A stretch of 64,000 nucleotides of DNA from Alphaproteobacteria bacterium (GTDB taxonomy: Bacteria > Pseudomonadota > Alphaproteobacteria > UBA828): the NCBI GenBank assembly GCA_965214705.1, contig CBDCCI010000002.1:2848001-2912000 (forward strand). Reading direction: 5' to 3'. The position numbers and the translations under genes are program-made. Positions 33,446 through 43,654 of this stretch are shown here, piece by piece (position 1 is the stretch's first letter; each line of letters begins with the position of its first letter). The notes below the pieces were generated by a model. The model saw only the letters and a list, made by a program, of their open reading frames with translations. It was not told the origin of the DNA and did no database searches.

Positions 33446-34126
33446 GTGACGATCGGGGCGGTCCTTCCGGTCAAGGACACGGGCGATGCCAAGCAGCGGC
33501 TGGCGGGTTTCCTCAGCGCGGCTGAGCGCCAGCGCCTCGCCCTCGCGATGGCGGAAGACGTGCTGGAGACCCTTGCGCGCGTGCCGGGATTGTCGGACAT
33601 CCTCGTGGTGACGCGGGACGAGCGGGCGGCTGCGCTCGCCGCACGCCACGGGGCGCGGGTGCTCACGGAGCCCTCGAACGACGGCCAGAGCGCGGCGGTG
33701 GAGAGGGCCGCCGCGGCGTTCGGCCGCACTGGGGTCGATAGTCTGCTGCAGGTACCGGGCGACGTGCCCGGCGCGAGCGTGGACGAGATCGAGGCGGTGC
33801 TGGCGGAACACAAGGGCGCGCGCGACAACGGGCCGGCGGTGACCCTGGTGCCGTCGCACGACCGGCGCGGCACCAACTGCGTGCTCTGCTCGCCGCCCGG
33901 CGCACTGCCCTTTGCCTTCGGCCACGACAGCTTCGGGCCGCATTGCGCAGCAGCGTGGGCGCGTGGCATCGCACCGCGGATCCTGCCGCTGCCGGGTCTC
34001 GGCCTCGATATCGACACGCCCGACGATCTCCGCGCCTTCATCGCGCGGCCGGCGCCGGGCCGCACCCTCGACTATCTGCGCGAAAGCGGGGTCGCTGAGC
34101 GCCTTCTTGTGACCGACGCGGCTTGA
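33446..34126 (+). CDS. cofC: 2-phospho-L-lactate/PEP guanylyltransferase
   Basis: PVK...AKQRL, GDVP, GTN, DIDTPDDL; upstream of fbiC. Confidence 0.88.
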   Translation: MTIGAVLPVKDTGDAKQRLAGFLSAAERQRLALAMAEDVLETLARVPGLSDILVVTRDERAAALAARHGARVLTEPSNDGQSAAVERAAAAFGRTGVDSLLQVPGDVPGASVDEIEAVLAEHKGARDNGPAVTLVPSHDRRGTNCVLCSPPGALPFAFGHDSFGPHCAAAWARGIAPRILPLPGLGLDIDTPDDLRAFIARPAPGRTLDYLRESGVAERLLVTDAA

Positions 34127-34131
34127 GGCGG

Positions 34132-36600
34132 ATGCAAGGCGCAACCCGAGATTTGCTCGAAGCGGTGCAGGACGGCCGCCGTCCCGATGCGGTGGAGGCT
34201 CTCGCGCTCGCCGCCGAGGACGACCTGGCGCCGCTGCTGGACTGCGCGGCCGCACTCCGCGATCGGGCGCATCCCGACGTCGTGACCTACTCGCGCAAGG
34301 TCTTCATCCCGCTCACCCATCTCTGCCGCGACGTCTGCCACTACTGCACCTTCGCCCGGCCGCCGCGCCGGGGCGAGACCGCGTTCATGACGCCGGAGGA
34401 AGTGCTGCGGATGGCCGAAGCGGGCGCCGCCGCGGGCTGCAAGGAGGCGCTCTTCACCCTCGGCGACAAGCCGGAGCTGCGCTATCGCGCGGCGCGCGAA
34501 GGGCTGGAAGCGCTGGGCTACGAGAGCACGCTCGCCTACCTCGCGGACATGGCGAAGCTGGTGCTGGAGAAGACACCGCTGCTGCCGCACCTCAATCCCG
34601 GCGTGCTGAATCGCGACGACCTGCGCACGCTGCGCGAGGTCTCCGCCTCACAGGGCATGATGCTGGAGAGCGCGTCGGAGCGGCTTTCGGCCAAGGGCGG
34701 GCCGCACTACGGCTCGCCCGACAAGCAGCCGGCAGCGCACCTCGAGACGCTGCGCCTTGCGGGCGAGGAGGCGGTGCCGTTCACCTCCGGCATCCTCATC
34801 GGCATCGGCGAGACGCGGGAGGAGCGGATCGAGGCTCTGCTCGCGCTCCGCGATGCCCACGACGCCCACGGGCATATTCAGGAAATCATCGTCCAGAACT
34901 TCCGGGCCAAGCCTGGGACGCGCATGGCCGATGCGCCCGAGCCGAGCCTCGACGAGCTGCTCTGGACTATCGCAACGGCCCGCATCCTCTTCGGGCCGGA
35001 GGCGAACATCCAGGCGCCGCCCAACCTCAGCCCCGGCGCGCTGCCGCAACTGGTCGCCGCCGGGATCAACGACTGGGGCGGCGTCTCGCCGGTGACGCAG
35101 GATTACGTCAATCCCGAGGCGCCGTGGCCCCATCTCGACGCGCTCGCGCGCGAGACCGCCGCCGCCGGCAAAACCCTGGCCGAGCGGCTCACGATCTATC
35201 CGTCCTACGTGCGTGCGGGCGAACGCTGGCTCGATCCAGCGCTGCACACGCGCGTGCTGAAGCTGGTCGATTCCGAGGGCTATCCCCGCACCGACGCCTG
35301 GGTCACGGGCGCGGGCGAGCCGCCGCCGGAGCAGCGCACGTCCGCGCCAGCCGTCATCACGCCCGACATCGAGCGCGTTCTGGTCCGCGCGGAGGCGGGC
35401 GAGGGGCTTGGCGAGGACGCGCTAGTGCGGCTCTTTGGCGCGCGGGGCGGCGCGTTCGACGCGGTCTGCGCCGCGGCCGACGGGCTGCGCGCCAGGGTGA
35501 GCGGCCCGCAGGTCAGCTACGTGGTGAACCGCAACATCAACTACACCAACGTCTGCTACTTCCGCTGCCAGTTCTGCGCCTTCTCCAAGGGCAAGCTGAG
35601 CGAGAACCTGCGCGGCCGGCCCTACGACCTGACGCTGGACGAGATCGTGCGCCGGGTGCGGGAGGCGTGGGAGCGCGGCGCGACCGAGGTCTGCCTCCAG
35701 GGCGGCATCCATCCCGACTACACCGGCGAGACCTATCTCGCGATCTGCCGCGCCATCAAGCAGGCGGAGCCCGCGATCCACGTCCACGCCTTCTCGCCGC
35801 TGGAGATCTGGCAGGGCGCAGCGACCTTGGGCCACACGGTGCCCGACTTCCTCGCTGCGCTGCAGGAGGCCGGGTTGGGGTCGCTGCCCGGCACCGCCGC
35901 CGAAATCCTCGACGACGAGGTGAGGGCGGTCATCTGCCCGGACAAAATCGTGACCGACCAGTGGCTTTCGGTGATGGAGGCGGCCCATGCGCTGGGACTG
36001 CGCAGCACCGCCACGATCATGTTCGGCCACGTGGACGGGCCGCGTCACTGGGCGCGCCACCTCGCGCGCGTCCGCGCCTTGCAGGAGCGCACCGGCGGCT
36101 TCACCGAGTTCGTGCCGCTCCCCTTCGTCGCAACGGAGGCGCCGCTCTACCTCAAGGGGCGCGCGAGGCGGGGGCCGACCTGGCGCGAGGCGGTGCTGAT
36201 GCACGCCGTGGCGCGGCTCGCGCTGCACCCGATCATCCCCAACATCCAGACCTCGTGGGTCAAGATGGGGCGGGTGGGTGCCGCAGCCTGCCTTCGCGCC
36301 GGCGCCAACGACATCGGCGGCACGCTGATGAACGAATCGATCACCCGCGCTGCCGGCGCGAGCCACGGCCAGGAATTCCTGGCCGACGAGATCGAGGCGC
36401 TGGTGGAGCGGCTGGGGCGCACGCCGGTGCAGCGGACGACGCTCTACGAGCCCGCACCGCCCGCCCGCCGCGCCGCTGCCCGCGCTGCGGCGCCGCTCGC
36501 CCCGGTGGTGAACGCGCCGGCCCGGCGCTACGAGCGGCGCGCGGCAGCAAGCGACCTGGTCCGCCCCGGACTCGACGCCGGCGCACCGCCGGGAGAGTGA
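34132..36600 (+). CDS. fbiC: FO synthase (CofG-CofH fusion)
   Basis: Two radical-SAM motifs CRDVCHYC and CYFRCQFC; NDWGGVSP; GGTLMNESI. Confidence 0.93.
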   Translation: MQGATRDLLEAVQDGRRPDAVEALALAAEDDLAPLLDCAAALRDRAHPDVVTYSRKVFIPLTHLCRDVCHYCTFARPPRRGETAFMTPEEVLRMAEAGAAAGCKEALFTLGDKPELRYRAAREGLEALGYESTLAYLADMAKLVLEKTPLLPHLNPGVLNRDDLRTLREVSASQGMMLESASERLSAKGGPHYGSPDKQPAAHLETLRLAGEEAVPFTSGILIGIGETREERIEALLALRDAHDAHGHIQEIIVQNFRAKPGTRMADAPEPSLDELLWTIATARILFGPEANIQAPPNLSPGALPQLVAAGINDWGGVSPVTQDYVNPEAPWPHLDALARETAAAGKTLAERLTIYPSYVRAGERWLDPALHTRVLKLVDSEGYPRTDAWVTGAGEPPPEQRTSAPAVITPDIERVLVRAEAGEGLGEDALVRLFGARGGAFDAVCAAADGLRARVSGPQVSYVVNRNINYTNVCYFRCQFCAFSKGKLSENLRGRPYDLTLDEIVRRVREAWERGATEVCLQGGIHPDYTGETYLAICRAIKQAEPAIHVHAFSPLEIWQGAATLGHTVPDFLAALQEAGLGSLPGTAAEILDDEVRAVICPDKIVTDQWLSVMEAAHALGLRSTATIMFGHVDGPRHWARHLARVRALQERTGGFTEFVPLPFVATEAPLYLKGRARRGPTWREAVLMHAVARLALHPIIPNIQTSWVKMGRVGAAACLRAGANDIGGTLMNESITRAAGASHGQEFLADEIEALVERLGRTPVQRTTLYEPAPPARRAAARAAAPLAPVVNAPARRYERRAAASDLVRPGLDAGAPPGE

Positions 36601-36638
36601 GGGGCGGCGTCAATCTCTCCGCTGGCCTCGACGAAAAC

Positions 36639-36914
36639 TCAAGATGTTGAGCTATACGCGCGATGTTTGTTGGCAATCAATGTGGCCAGCCGCGCATCTA
36701 TCTCTGTTCCAGTAACGAACTCACTCTCGCGGCGGCGCGAGAGGAGCGCGCGCAAAGCCGCGTTTTCCGACTCCTTGGCCTCCACTTGCTGGCGCAGCAG
36801 CTCAACGCCTCGCTGCAAGACCGCGTCAATGCTGGAGTAGTGCCCTGCCTCGACCAGCGACTTGGCAAAGGCGTGCTGCTCATCGGTAAGCGATACAGAC
36901 GACTTGACCGTCAC
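36639..36914 (-). CDS. ParD-like (ribbon-helix-helix) antitoxin, apparently orphan
   Basis: SVSLTDEQHAFAKSLVEAGHYSS...LQRGVELLR. Confidence 0.7.
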   Translation of the reverse strand: MTVKSSVSLTDEQHAFAKSLVEAGHYSSIDAVLQRGVELLRQQVEAKESENAALRALLSRRRESEFVTGTEIDARLATLIANKHRAYSSTS

Positions 36915-37061
36915 AGGAGTCTCCTTGGCGCAAAAGTGATACTCAGCAGCACCTTAGTCAACAAACTCGCGCATCCGTTCGTCTACGCTCGGGAGAGAGG
37001 CCGATCCGTGTGATAGGCTCGACGCGCGCGCAGGCGCGGCCACAGGGGAGGAGCAGCGACG

Positions 37062-37517
37062 ATGGCAGGGTTCACGATCACGGCGACCAATCACACGAGC
37101 TTCACGGTCTCCAGCCTGGACCGCGCGATCGGCCTGTTCCAGGGCGCGCTCGGCTTCACGCTGCTCAACCGCTCGCCGCGCGATCCCAAGTTCATCGAGC
37201 AGGTGGTGGGCGTCGACGGCGCGGACATCGAGGTCGCCTACCTGCAGGCGCCCGGCCATCGCCTGGAGTTGATCGAGTATCGCGGCCCCGCCGACCGCGG
37301 CCGGGTCGACTCGCGCCCCTGCGACGCGGGCTTCGCCCATATCGCCTTCGACGTGGACGACATCCACGAAGCGATCGCGGCGGTGCGGGACGCGGGCTCC
37401 GAGCCTCTAGGCGATCCCATCACGGTCAACGCCGGGCCCAACAAGGGCGGCCTCGTGGTCTACACGCGCGATCCCGACGGCATCACGGTCGAGTTCATCC
37501 AGCGGCCGAAGGCCTAG
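37062..37517 (+). CDS. VOC/glyoxalase family protein
   Basis: NHTSFTV, LELIEY, HIAFDVDD, DPDGITVEF. Confidence 0.88.
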   Translation: MAGFTITATNHTSFTVSSLDRAIGLFQGALGFTLLNRSPRDPKFIEQVVGVDGADIEVAYLQAPGHRLELIEYRGPADRGRVDSRPCDAGFAHIAFDVDDIHEAIAAVRDAGSEPLGDPITVNAGPNKGGLVVYTRDPDGITVEFIQRPKA

Positions 37518-37524
37518 GCGCCAG

Positions 37525-38145
37525 ATGTTCTACGAGACCGCGCGCAACGATCACGGCCTGCCGCACGACCCCTTCAAGTCCTGCGTGGTGCCGCGCCCGA
37601 TCGGCTGGATCACCACGATCGATATGGCCGGCGGGCTCAACCTCGCGCCCTTCAGCTACTTCAACGCCTGCGGCGACCACCCGCCGCAGGTGATGTACGC
37701 GCCGAGCGGGCCGCACGCGGCCGAAGGCGGCGCCAAGGACAGCCTGCACAACGTGCAGGAGACCGGCGAGTTCGTCGCCAACTTAGCCACCTGGGAGCAG
37801 CGCGAGGCGATGCGCTTCTCGTCGAGCGGGGTGCCGAGCAGCGTCGACGAGTTCGCGCTGACCGGGCTCCAGACCGAGCCCGCGCGGCTGGTGCGCCCGC
37901 CCAGGGTCAAGGGCGCGCCGATCCACCTCGAATGCCGGCTCCACAAGGTGATCGAGCTGCTGGCCGACAACCCTGCGCGCTTCCGCAACTGGCTCGTGCT
38001 GGGCGAGGTGGTCGGCGTTCACATCGATGACGCGATCATCACCGACGGGCGCGTGGACCAGTCGAAGTTCCGGCCCATCGCGCGGCTCGGCTACGCCGAC
38101 TACACTACGGTGGACAGCCACTTCGAGATGCCCTTCCCGGACTAA
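37525..38145 (+). CDS. Flavin reductase family protein
   Basis: VVPRPIGWITT, NLAPFSYFN, KDS, ETGEFV. Confidence 0.88.
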   Translation: MFYETARNDHGLPHDPFKSCVVPRPIGWITTIDMAGGLNLAPFSYFNACGDHPPQVMYAPSGPHAAEGGAKDSLHNVQETGEFVANLATWEQREAMRFSSSGVPSSVDEFALTGLQTEPARLVRPPRVKGAPIHLECRLHKVIELLADNPARFRNWLVLGEVVGVHIDDAIITDGRVDQSKFRPIARLGYADYTTVDSHFEMPFPD

Positions 38146-38184
38146 GGCGAGACGCCGGGTTTCGGGTTGGGGCTGAGTGAGCGG

Positions 38185-38348
38185 CTATAGAGCGAGCGTC
38201 GCGGTCTCGGCTCGCACGCCGCTTTTGACCACAGACCGGATCATGTCGGCGGTCTCGCCGAGCCCGAAATTCAGGCCGGGCATTCGGTTGGAGGTCATTG
38301 TACTGGCGGCTCCTATCGCTACTCCATTGCTTTATGGTGAACATAGCA
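38185..38348 (-). pseudogene. Duplicated 5' fragment of ivd with its promoter
   Basis: [21 protein letters not shown] (20/21 aa identical to 6821 gene), stop after 37 codons; shared TGCTATGKTCACC upstream. Confidence 0.85.
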
Positions 38349-38445
38349 CAACTCTAGGGCAGAGGTGCCGGTGACTATGATCAAGAAGCATACTTCTCGC
38401 TCAACAGTTCAAGACGGCCCAGCTACTATCCTTTCTCCACTCCAC

Positions 38446-41139
38446 CTAAATCGTTTGCTCAACGCCGCGGCCGTCTAAAACATTATCAAAGTCATTTAGA
38501 GCCTCTTGAAGATCCCAATGGGCTCTTAACTGGTGCTGTTTAGCGATTACCACATTTGAGATAAGCCGATGTTGTTCGTCGGGATTCAGTGGAAAAGCAA
38601 TCTCCAATTCTTCAAAATCCTGAACTTGAGTACGTCTTCGATTACTGTGTCCCGTTGTGATTGCTCGAAATGCACGTTGATAATATCTACTCCTCAAAAG
38701 CACTTGCAGAAAGGCTGGCTCTAGTCGACTATCAATTACTGAATAGATTGGAAATTCCTTGGAAACCAAGGCGCCGTCAAACTCACTAGGAACCAAAGCA
38801 ATGCAGCCCTTCCAAAGATCAATTGAAGAGAATACCACGTCCCCCTCATGGGCCACATACCACGTGCCGGGGCTCTCCCGGAAATATTCCGCGCGCCATT
38901 CTGGTGGATTTCGACCTTTTCCAGCCTCCCGTGGGCGAATATCCCCTGTTTGACCAATTGTCATAACCGTATATAATTCATCCGCCTCATTTGAGAAAAC
39001 TGCGCGTTCCTCTTGTCTTTGCAAAACATCTCCGAGTCTTCTTATTATCCACCCCTCTGGAACAATAGGACTGCCGTAATATTTGAAGAGGTGATATTTG
39101 GGATCCAAGCGATGGCTCCCATGGCTCTCCCAAACCTCTTCAAATGGTAGCGCTGCACAGTCGGGCTCCACGTGCCCCCTGTAAGTATCGGGTGCGCTTG
39201 CAAATCGTCTCCATTCACCGAGTATTGAGCCCTCTTGATCATTCCCCAATACATGGGCGCCGTCACTTTGGTACAAGTCGTTTCTGGAACTCGGCGCTCC
39301 CGCTGGCGTGTAACCAACCTCAGCTGCCTCACCCAGGAAGGTCCTATAGCAGAGTCTGGCCTCGCGAATTGCCGCTCCAATGACTCCTAAATGGTCCTCT
39401 CCAGCCTGCACCAGGCGATTAATAGCACGATCAAAAACTCGCTTTTCGGCGAGGGTAAATTTTTGGAAGAAAAGGATTGAAGTCTTGTTTTGTGCGCCGG
39501 ATTTGCGAAACGCGTGGTCTGGAAGGGAAATAATGGCCGTAACCCTGCCCCGAGACGCAATAAAGGACCGTGTACGCGGACAATTTGACCGATCCCCCTG
39601 ATTGTTAAGCAGACCATCCGGTACGATCAGTTCGAGACGTCCTCCCGGCTCCAAAAATTCAATACATCTTTCCAACACAACTTGCTCTGAGTCAATCTTT
39701 CGGATTCCTGCAGCAACTGCAAAATTCTCAAGAGTATTTTGCCCGAGTTGTTCGTCATCTCCCTCCGAGATATCAGTGCCAAAAGGCGGATTTCCAACAA
39801 TGACCGTAAACTTTTCTCTAGGAGGGTTTAGCCGAGCGTTAGCGAACACCGCGTCCAGGACTGAGCGATTGGCCTCAATGTTGGAATGCCCGTCATGGTG
39901 AAGAAGAAGAAGATTTATTTTACAAATCCGCGCCAGAATTTCATGAATTTCAATGCCATAGACCTGGGTCATTGCAAAATCATACTTTATGCGATGAACC
40001 TGGTCTGATGGCTGGCCAAGAAAGGCACGATCAATACGATGCCAAACTTGAAGTAAGCATTCCAAAAGAAAGCCCCCGCTACCGGCCGTTGGGTCTAACA
40101 CGAAATCGCTATGGTTAATATCCAACATAGAAATCACGAAACGTGCAAGTTGTCGCATTGTGAAGTATTGGCCAAGGCCCCCTCGGAAAATCGAGCCGAA
40201 GAACTGTTCGAAGGCTTTTCCTACACTGTCGACGTCGGTTCGCGTAAAGGCTACACCCTCAAGGGTGCTAACTATCGATGAAATTTTTGCATCGGGAAGA
40301 CTAATGCGAGAATCCACCGGGAATATGGTGGGATCAGTTTCACAGGCTTGTGAAAACAGTGAGTGCACTCGTGTAGCAACAGTCGCGGTCGTTTCTTTGG
40401 TTCCGACCTGAAAGCGGCGGGGTTCGTTGGAGCTGGTGGTTCTCTCATCAATGACCTTGGCAAAGAGAAGTTTGCTCCATTCGTCAAATGCAGTAAGTGG
40501 ATCACGTCTGCCTCCGGCCCAAATGAGGGAATGTGTCTGGCGAATTTTGGCCTCCAATTGAGAAGCTTCAAGGGGGGCGATGTCGTTGGGCTGGCCAGCA
40601 AGGAAGGTGTAGACGGGAATGTTGCCGTATTCGCGCGGCAGTCTGTCTCGGTCGCCAAGTCGGTTTGTAACGCGTTCTGTAGATGGGTAGTTCGCTACAT
40701 CAAAAAAGGCGCTGCAGGTTCCCTCGTCATAAAGAGTAAAGTCGGCTCGCAAAGAGTTGGCGTTTCCAAATGCTTGTTCTATGCCCTGCTCGCGATCAGC
40801 ATCGCTTTGTTCAGCTGCTTTGTTTTCAACAACAATGTATGGTTCGCGACAATGATCGTCATTGTATACTACAATATCGGCAAAGTCGGATGGAGTCCGG
40901 CGCGGCACGGACACTTCAAGTTTAATTCTATTTGCCGGATACCCTTTGTCCACTATTAGCCATGAAACTGTCGTGGACCTCACCCACTCTTCGGGGTCGT
41001 TCCAGTTGTAGGATTGCTCCTTTGCCAATACATATTTTACACGCTGGTTATCAATGAGAAGGATTCCACGACGGATCGCTTCATGAACCGCCGGTTGGGT
41101 CAGGGCATCTTCCGGACTATCAAGTCTGGATATAGGCAT
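38446..41139 (-). CDS. Single-chain restriction-modification enzyme (HsdR-N-like nuclease, N6-adenine MTase, TRD)
   Basis: PEEWVR, ADIVVY...VENK; GQYFT, DPTAGSGGFL, NPPF; C-terminal HsdS-like region; AT-rich. Confidence 0.85.
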   Translation of the reverse strand: MPISRLDSPEDALTQPAVHEAIRRGILLIDNQRVKYVLAKEQSYNWNDPEEWVRSTTVSWLIVDKGYPANRIKLEVSVPRRTPSDFADIVVYNDDHCREPYIVVENKAAEQSDADREQGIEQAFGNANSLRADFTLYDEGTCSAFFDVANYPSTERVTNRLGDRDRLPREYGNIPVYTFLAGQPNDIAPLEASQLEAKIRQTHSLIWAGGRRDPLTAFDEWSKLLFAKVIDERTTSSNEPRRFQVGTKETTATVATRVHSLFSQACETDPTIFPVDSRISLPDAKISSIVSTLEGVAFTRTDVDSVGKAFEQFFGSIFRGGLGQYFTMRQLARFVISMLDINHSDFVLDPTAGSGGFLLECLLQVWHRIDRAFLGQPSDQVHRIKYDFAMTQVYGIEIHEILARICKINLLLLHHDGHSNIEANRSVLDAVFANARLNPPREKFTVIVGNPPFGTDISEGDDEQLGQNTLENFAVAAGIRKIDSEQVVLERCIEFLEPGGRLELIVPDGLLNNQGDRSNCPRTRSFIASRGRVTAIISLPDHAFRKSGAQNKTSILFFQKFTLAEKRVFDRAINRLVQAGEDHLGVIGAAIREARLCYRTFLGEAAEVGYTPAGAPSSRNDLYQSDGAHVLGNDQEGSILGEWRRFASAPDTYRGHVEPDCAALPFEEVWESHGSHRLDPKYHLFKYYGSPIVPEGWIIRRLGDVLQRQEERAVFSNEADELYTVMTIGQTGDIRPREAGKGRNPPEWRAEYFRESPGTWYVAHEGDVVFSSIDLWKGCIALVPSEFDGALVSKEFPIYSVIDSRLEPAFLQVLLRSRYYQRAFRAITTGHSNRRRTQVQDFEELEIAFPLNPDEQHRLISNVVIAKQHQLRAHWDLQEALNDFDNVLDGRGVEQTI

Positions 41140-41142
41140 CTG

Positions 41143-41385
41143 CTAACTCCAGGAAGCAACCGCAGCGTTGCGAGGATTGACCTTGATCGAGATAAACCGC
41201 GAGCCAGCAATCTTATCGACCAATATTACTTCCAGCTTGACGGTAGAGCCCACCACGCTCGGGAGGTGCGCGGGCGGCGTGTGAAGTGACTGCTTCCCGG
41301 CCGCGCCGCCCGACGCACGTACCATACGGAGCTCACGGAAATACGTCTCGACCGCCGCGCGCAGTTTCTTGTTTGTTCCGCTCAT
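41143..41385 (-). pseudogene. Degenerate N-terminal fragment of a type IIG-like RM gene
   Basis: MSGTNKKLRAAVETYFRELRMVRASGGAAG resembles N-termini of large RM fusion proteins, then decays. Confidence 0.45.
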
Positions 41386-41454
41386 TGCGCCCTTATCGCC
41401 GACGACGGTCTATCGTTCAAGGCCTGCGGCCCAGTCGCGGATGGTTGAGCGTCG

Positions 41455-41494
41455 CCCGGACCATGGTGCGGTGCACGACGCGCCGGGGCCGTGA
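41455..41494 (+). promoter_or_regulatory. Conserved box plus N20 (copy B); its CAGGAT-N6-ATG lies beyond the IS at 43659-43673
   Basis: Identical 20-mer; removing IS1634 and one TSD copy restores exact spacing. Confidence 0.7.
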
Positions 41495-43654
41495 CCCAAG
41501 TTGGCACTTTTTCCGACCAGCCGAGCCTGTTCGAGCTAGTTTTGCGGCGCTGAACCACTAGATGTTGGGGTTGGAGGACACCTGAGACCCACATTTGCCA
41601 TTCGTGGTCCTGGAAGCCAATTGTGGGGCCAGGACTTTGGAGTTGAGTCGATATCCCTCTTGCCAGATGCCGCGAACGCCGTGTATGCGAAACAGGCATC
41701 GCAGAAACGGCGCCGCCATGTACATCAAGGCAACCAGGACACACACCGACAAGGCCGGCCAGCCGGTCCGAAGCCATCGCCTCGTGCTCGCCCAGCGCGT
41801 CGGCGACAAGGTGCGCCACAGGACGCTGCTCAATCTCGGCACCGACTATCCGGTGCCGCGCGAGAAGTGGAAGGCCGTCACCGAACTCGCCGAGGCGCTG
41901 CTTCACGGCAAGCCGCCGCTGTTCGAGGGCGAGGCGGATGTGCGGGCCGCAGCCGAGGACATCGTCGCCAAGCTCAGGGCCAGGGGGTTCCGCGTCGAGG
42001 CGATGCAGGAAGAGGCGCGCAAGCCCGACATCGCCACCGTCGACCTCGATACCCTGGAGCACGAGAACCCGCGCACGGTCGGCTGCGAGCGCCTGTGCCT
42101 CAAGGCCCTCGACGCCCTCGGCTTCGCCGAAATCCTCCACGGCCTCGACATCAAGGGCCGCGACGGGCGCATCGCCAGCGCGCTGATCGTCGCCAGGATG
42201 GTCCATCCCGCCAGCGAGCGTGATACCAGCCGCTGGCTCCGCCACGACAGCGCGGCCGCCGAGCTCCTGGGCCTGGAGGGCGACCGCAAGGCGCTGCGGC
42301 GCAAGACGCTCTACCGCATCGGCGACCTGCTCTGGCGCCACCGCGCCGCCATCCAGCGGGAGCTGTTCAACCGTGAGCGCGCACTGCTCGACCTGCCCGA
42401 GACGATCGCCTTCTACGATCTCACCAACGTCCACTACCACGGCCACACGGGCGGCGAGCTTCCCAGGTTCGGGCGCTCCAAGCAGAAGCGCGACGACTGT
42501 CCCCTCATCACGCTGGCGCTGGCGCTCGACGGCGCGGGCTTCCCGCGCAGTTGCGAGATCCTGCCGGGCAACGTGAGCGAGCCGGGCACGCTGCACGAGG
42601 CGCTGGCGCGGCTCGAGGCGGTGTGCGGCGGCACGGCGCCGAAGCCCACGGTGGTCATGGACGCGGGCATCGCCACCGAGAAAAACATCGCGTGGCTGGG
42701 CGAGCAGGGCTACGACTGGATCGCGGTCAGCCGCGGTGCCAGGCCTGCGCCGCCCGAGGGCGGACCCGAGGCCCTGCTGATCACCAGCGCGCGCCACGAG
42801 GTGCGGGCCTGGCGGCTTGCCAGCGAGGACGGCGAGGCGCGGCTCTACGTCGTCAGCGAGGGCAAGAAGAAGGCCGAGAACGCGATCATCGGCCTGAGGC
42901 GGAACCGCTTCGAGGCGGCGCTGGAAAGGCTCCACGGCGGCCTCCCGGTCAAGGGCCGCCTCAAGCGCTACGACAAGGTGCTGGAGAGCATAGGCCGCCT
43001 CAAGCAGCGCTTCTCCGCCGTCGCCAGGCACTACGAGATCACGGTCGAGAGGGCGAAAACCGGCCCCAATGCCACCGCCGTGCGCTTCAAGCGCAGGCCG
43101 CGATACGACGAGGCCGATGAGGGCGCCGGTGCCTATGTGCTGCGCACCAGCCACGTCGACTGGGACATCGAGACGGTCCTGCGGACGTACTGGCGGATCA
43201 CGGATATCGAGGCGACATTCCGGAGCCTGAAATCCGAGCTCGGCCTTCGCCCGATCTGGCACCAGCTCGACCGGCGCATCGCGGCCCACCTGCTGATCGC
43301 CGTGCTGGCCTACCACGCCGTGCATCTGATCCGTACCCGGCTGGCCGCGCGCGGCATCCACAAGTGCTGGGCGTCGATCCGCGAGAGCATGCGGACCTGG
43401 GTGCGGATCACCACGCGCCTGCGCCAGACCGACGGCACCTTGATCGTCAACCGCCAGGACACGCGCCCGGCCGCCGAGGTTGCCGCAATCTCCTCGGCGG
43501 CGGGCGTGGACCCCGCCATCCACCGCACGAGGACCCGTCTGATGAGCTGACAGAATCTCACAAAATGTGGGGCCATGTTGGAATCGACCGAGAAAAATAT
43601 CGCGTTGAATCAAACCAATAGGGAACACAGGCAGCGGAAAAGTGCCAACTTGGG
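41495..43654 (+). mobile_element. IS1634-family element (copy 2, diverged from copy 1)
   Basis: 17-bp perfect IRs CCCAAGTTGGCACTTTT; 4-bp TSD GTGA (41491-41494, 43655-43658). Confidence 0.92.
41718..43550 (+). CDS. IS1634-family transposase
   Basis: FYDLTNV, GRSKQKRDD, MDAGI, IEATFRSLKSELGLRPIWH. Confidence 0.92.
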   Translation: MYIKATRTHTDKAGQPVRSHRLVLAQRVGDKVRHRTLLNLGTDYPVPREKWKAVTELAEALLHGKPPLFEGEADVRAAAEDIVAKLRARGFRVEAMQEEARKPDIATVDLDTLEHENPRTVGCERLCLKALDALGFAEILHGLDIKGRDGRIASALIVARMVHPASERDTSRWLRHDSAAAELLGLEGDRKALRRKTLYRIGDLLWRHRAAIQRELFNRERALLDLPETIAFYDLTNVHYHGHTGGELPRFGRSKQKRDDCPLITLALALDGAGFPRSCEILPGNVSEPGTLHEALARLEAVCGGTAPKPTVVMDAGIATEKNIAWLGEQGYDWIAVSRGARPAPPEGGPEALLITSARHEVRAWRLASEDGEARLYVVSEGKKKAENAIIGLRRNRFEAALERLHGGLPVKGRLKRYDKVLESIGRLKQRFSAVARHYEITVERAKTGPNATAVRFKRRPRYDEADEGAGAYVLRTSHVDWDIETVLRTYWRITDIEATFRSLKSELGLRPIWHQLDRRIAAHLLIAVLAYHAVHLIRTRLAARGIHKCWASIRESMRTWVRITTRLRQTDGTLIVNRQDTRPAAEVAAISSAAGVDPAIHRTRTRLMS

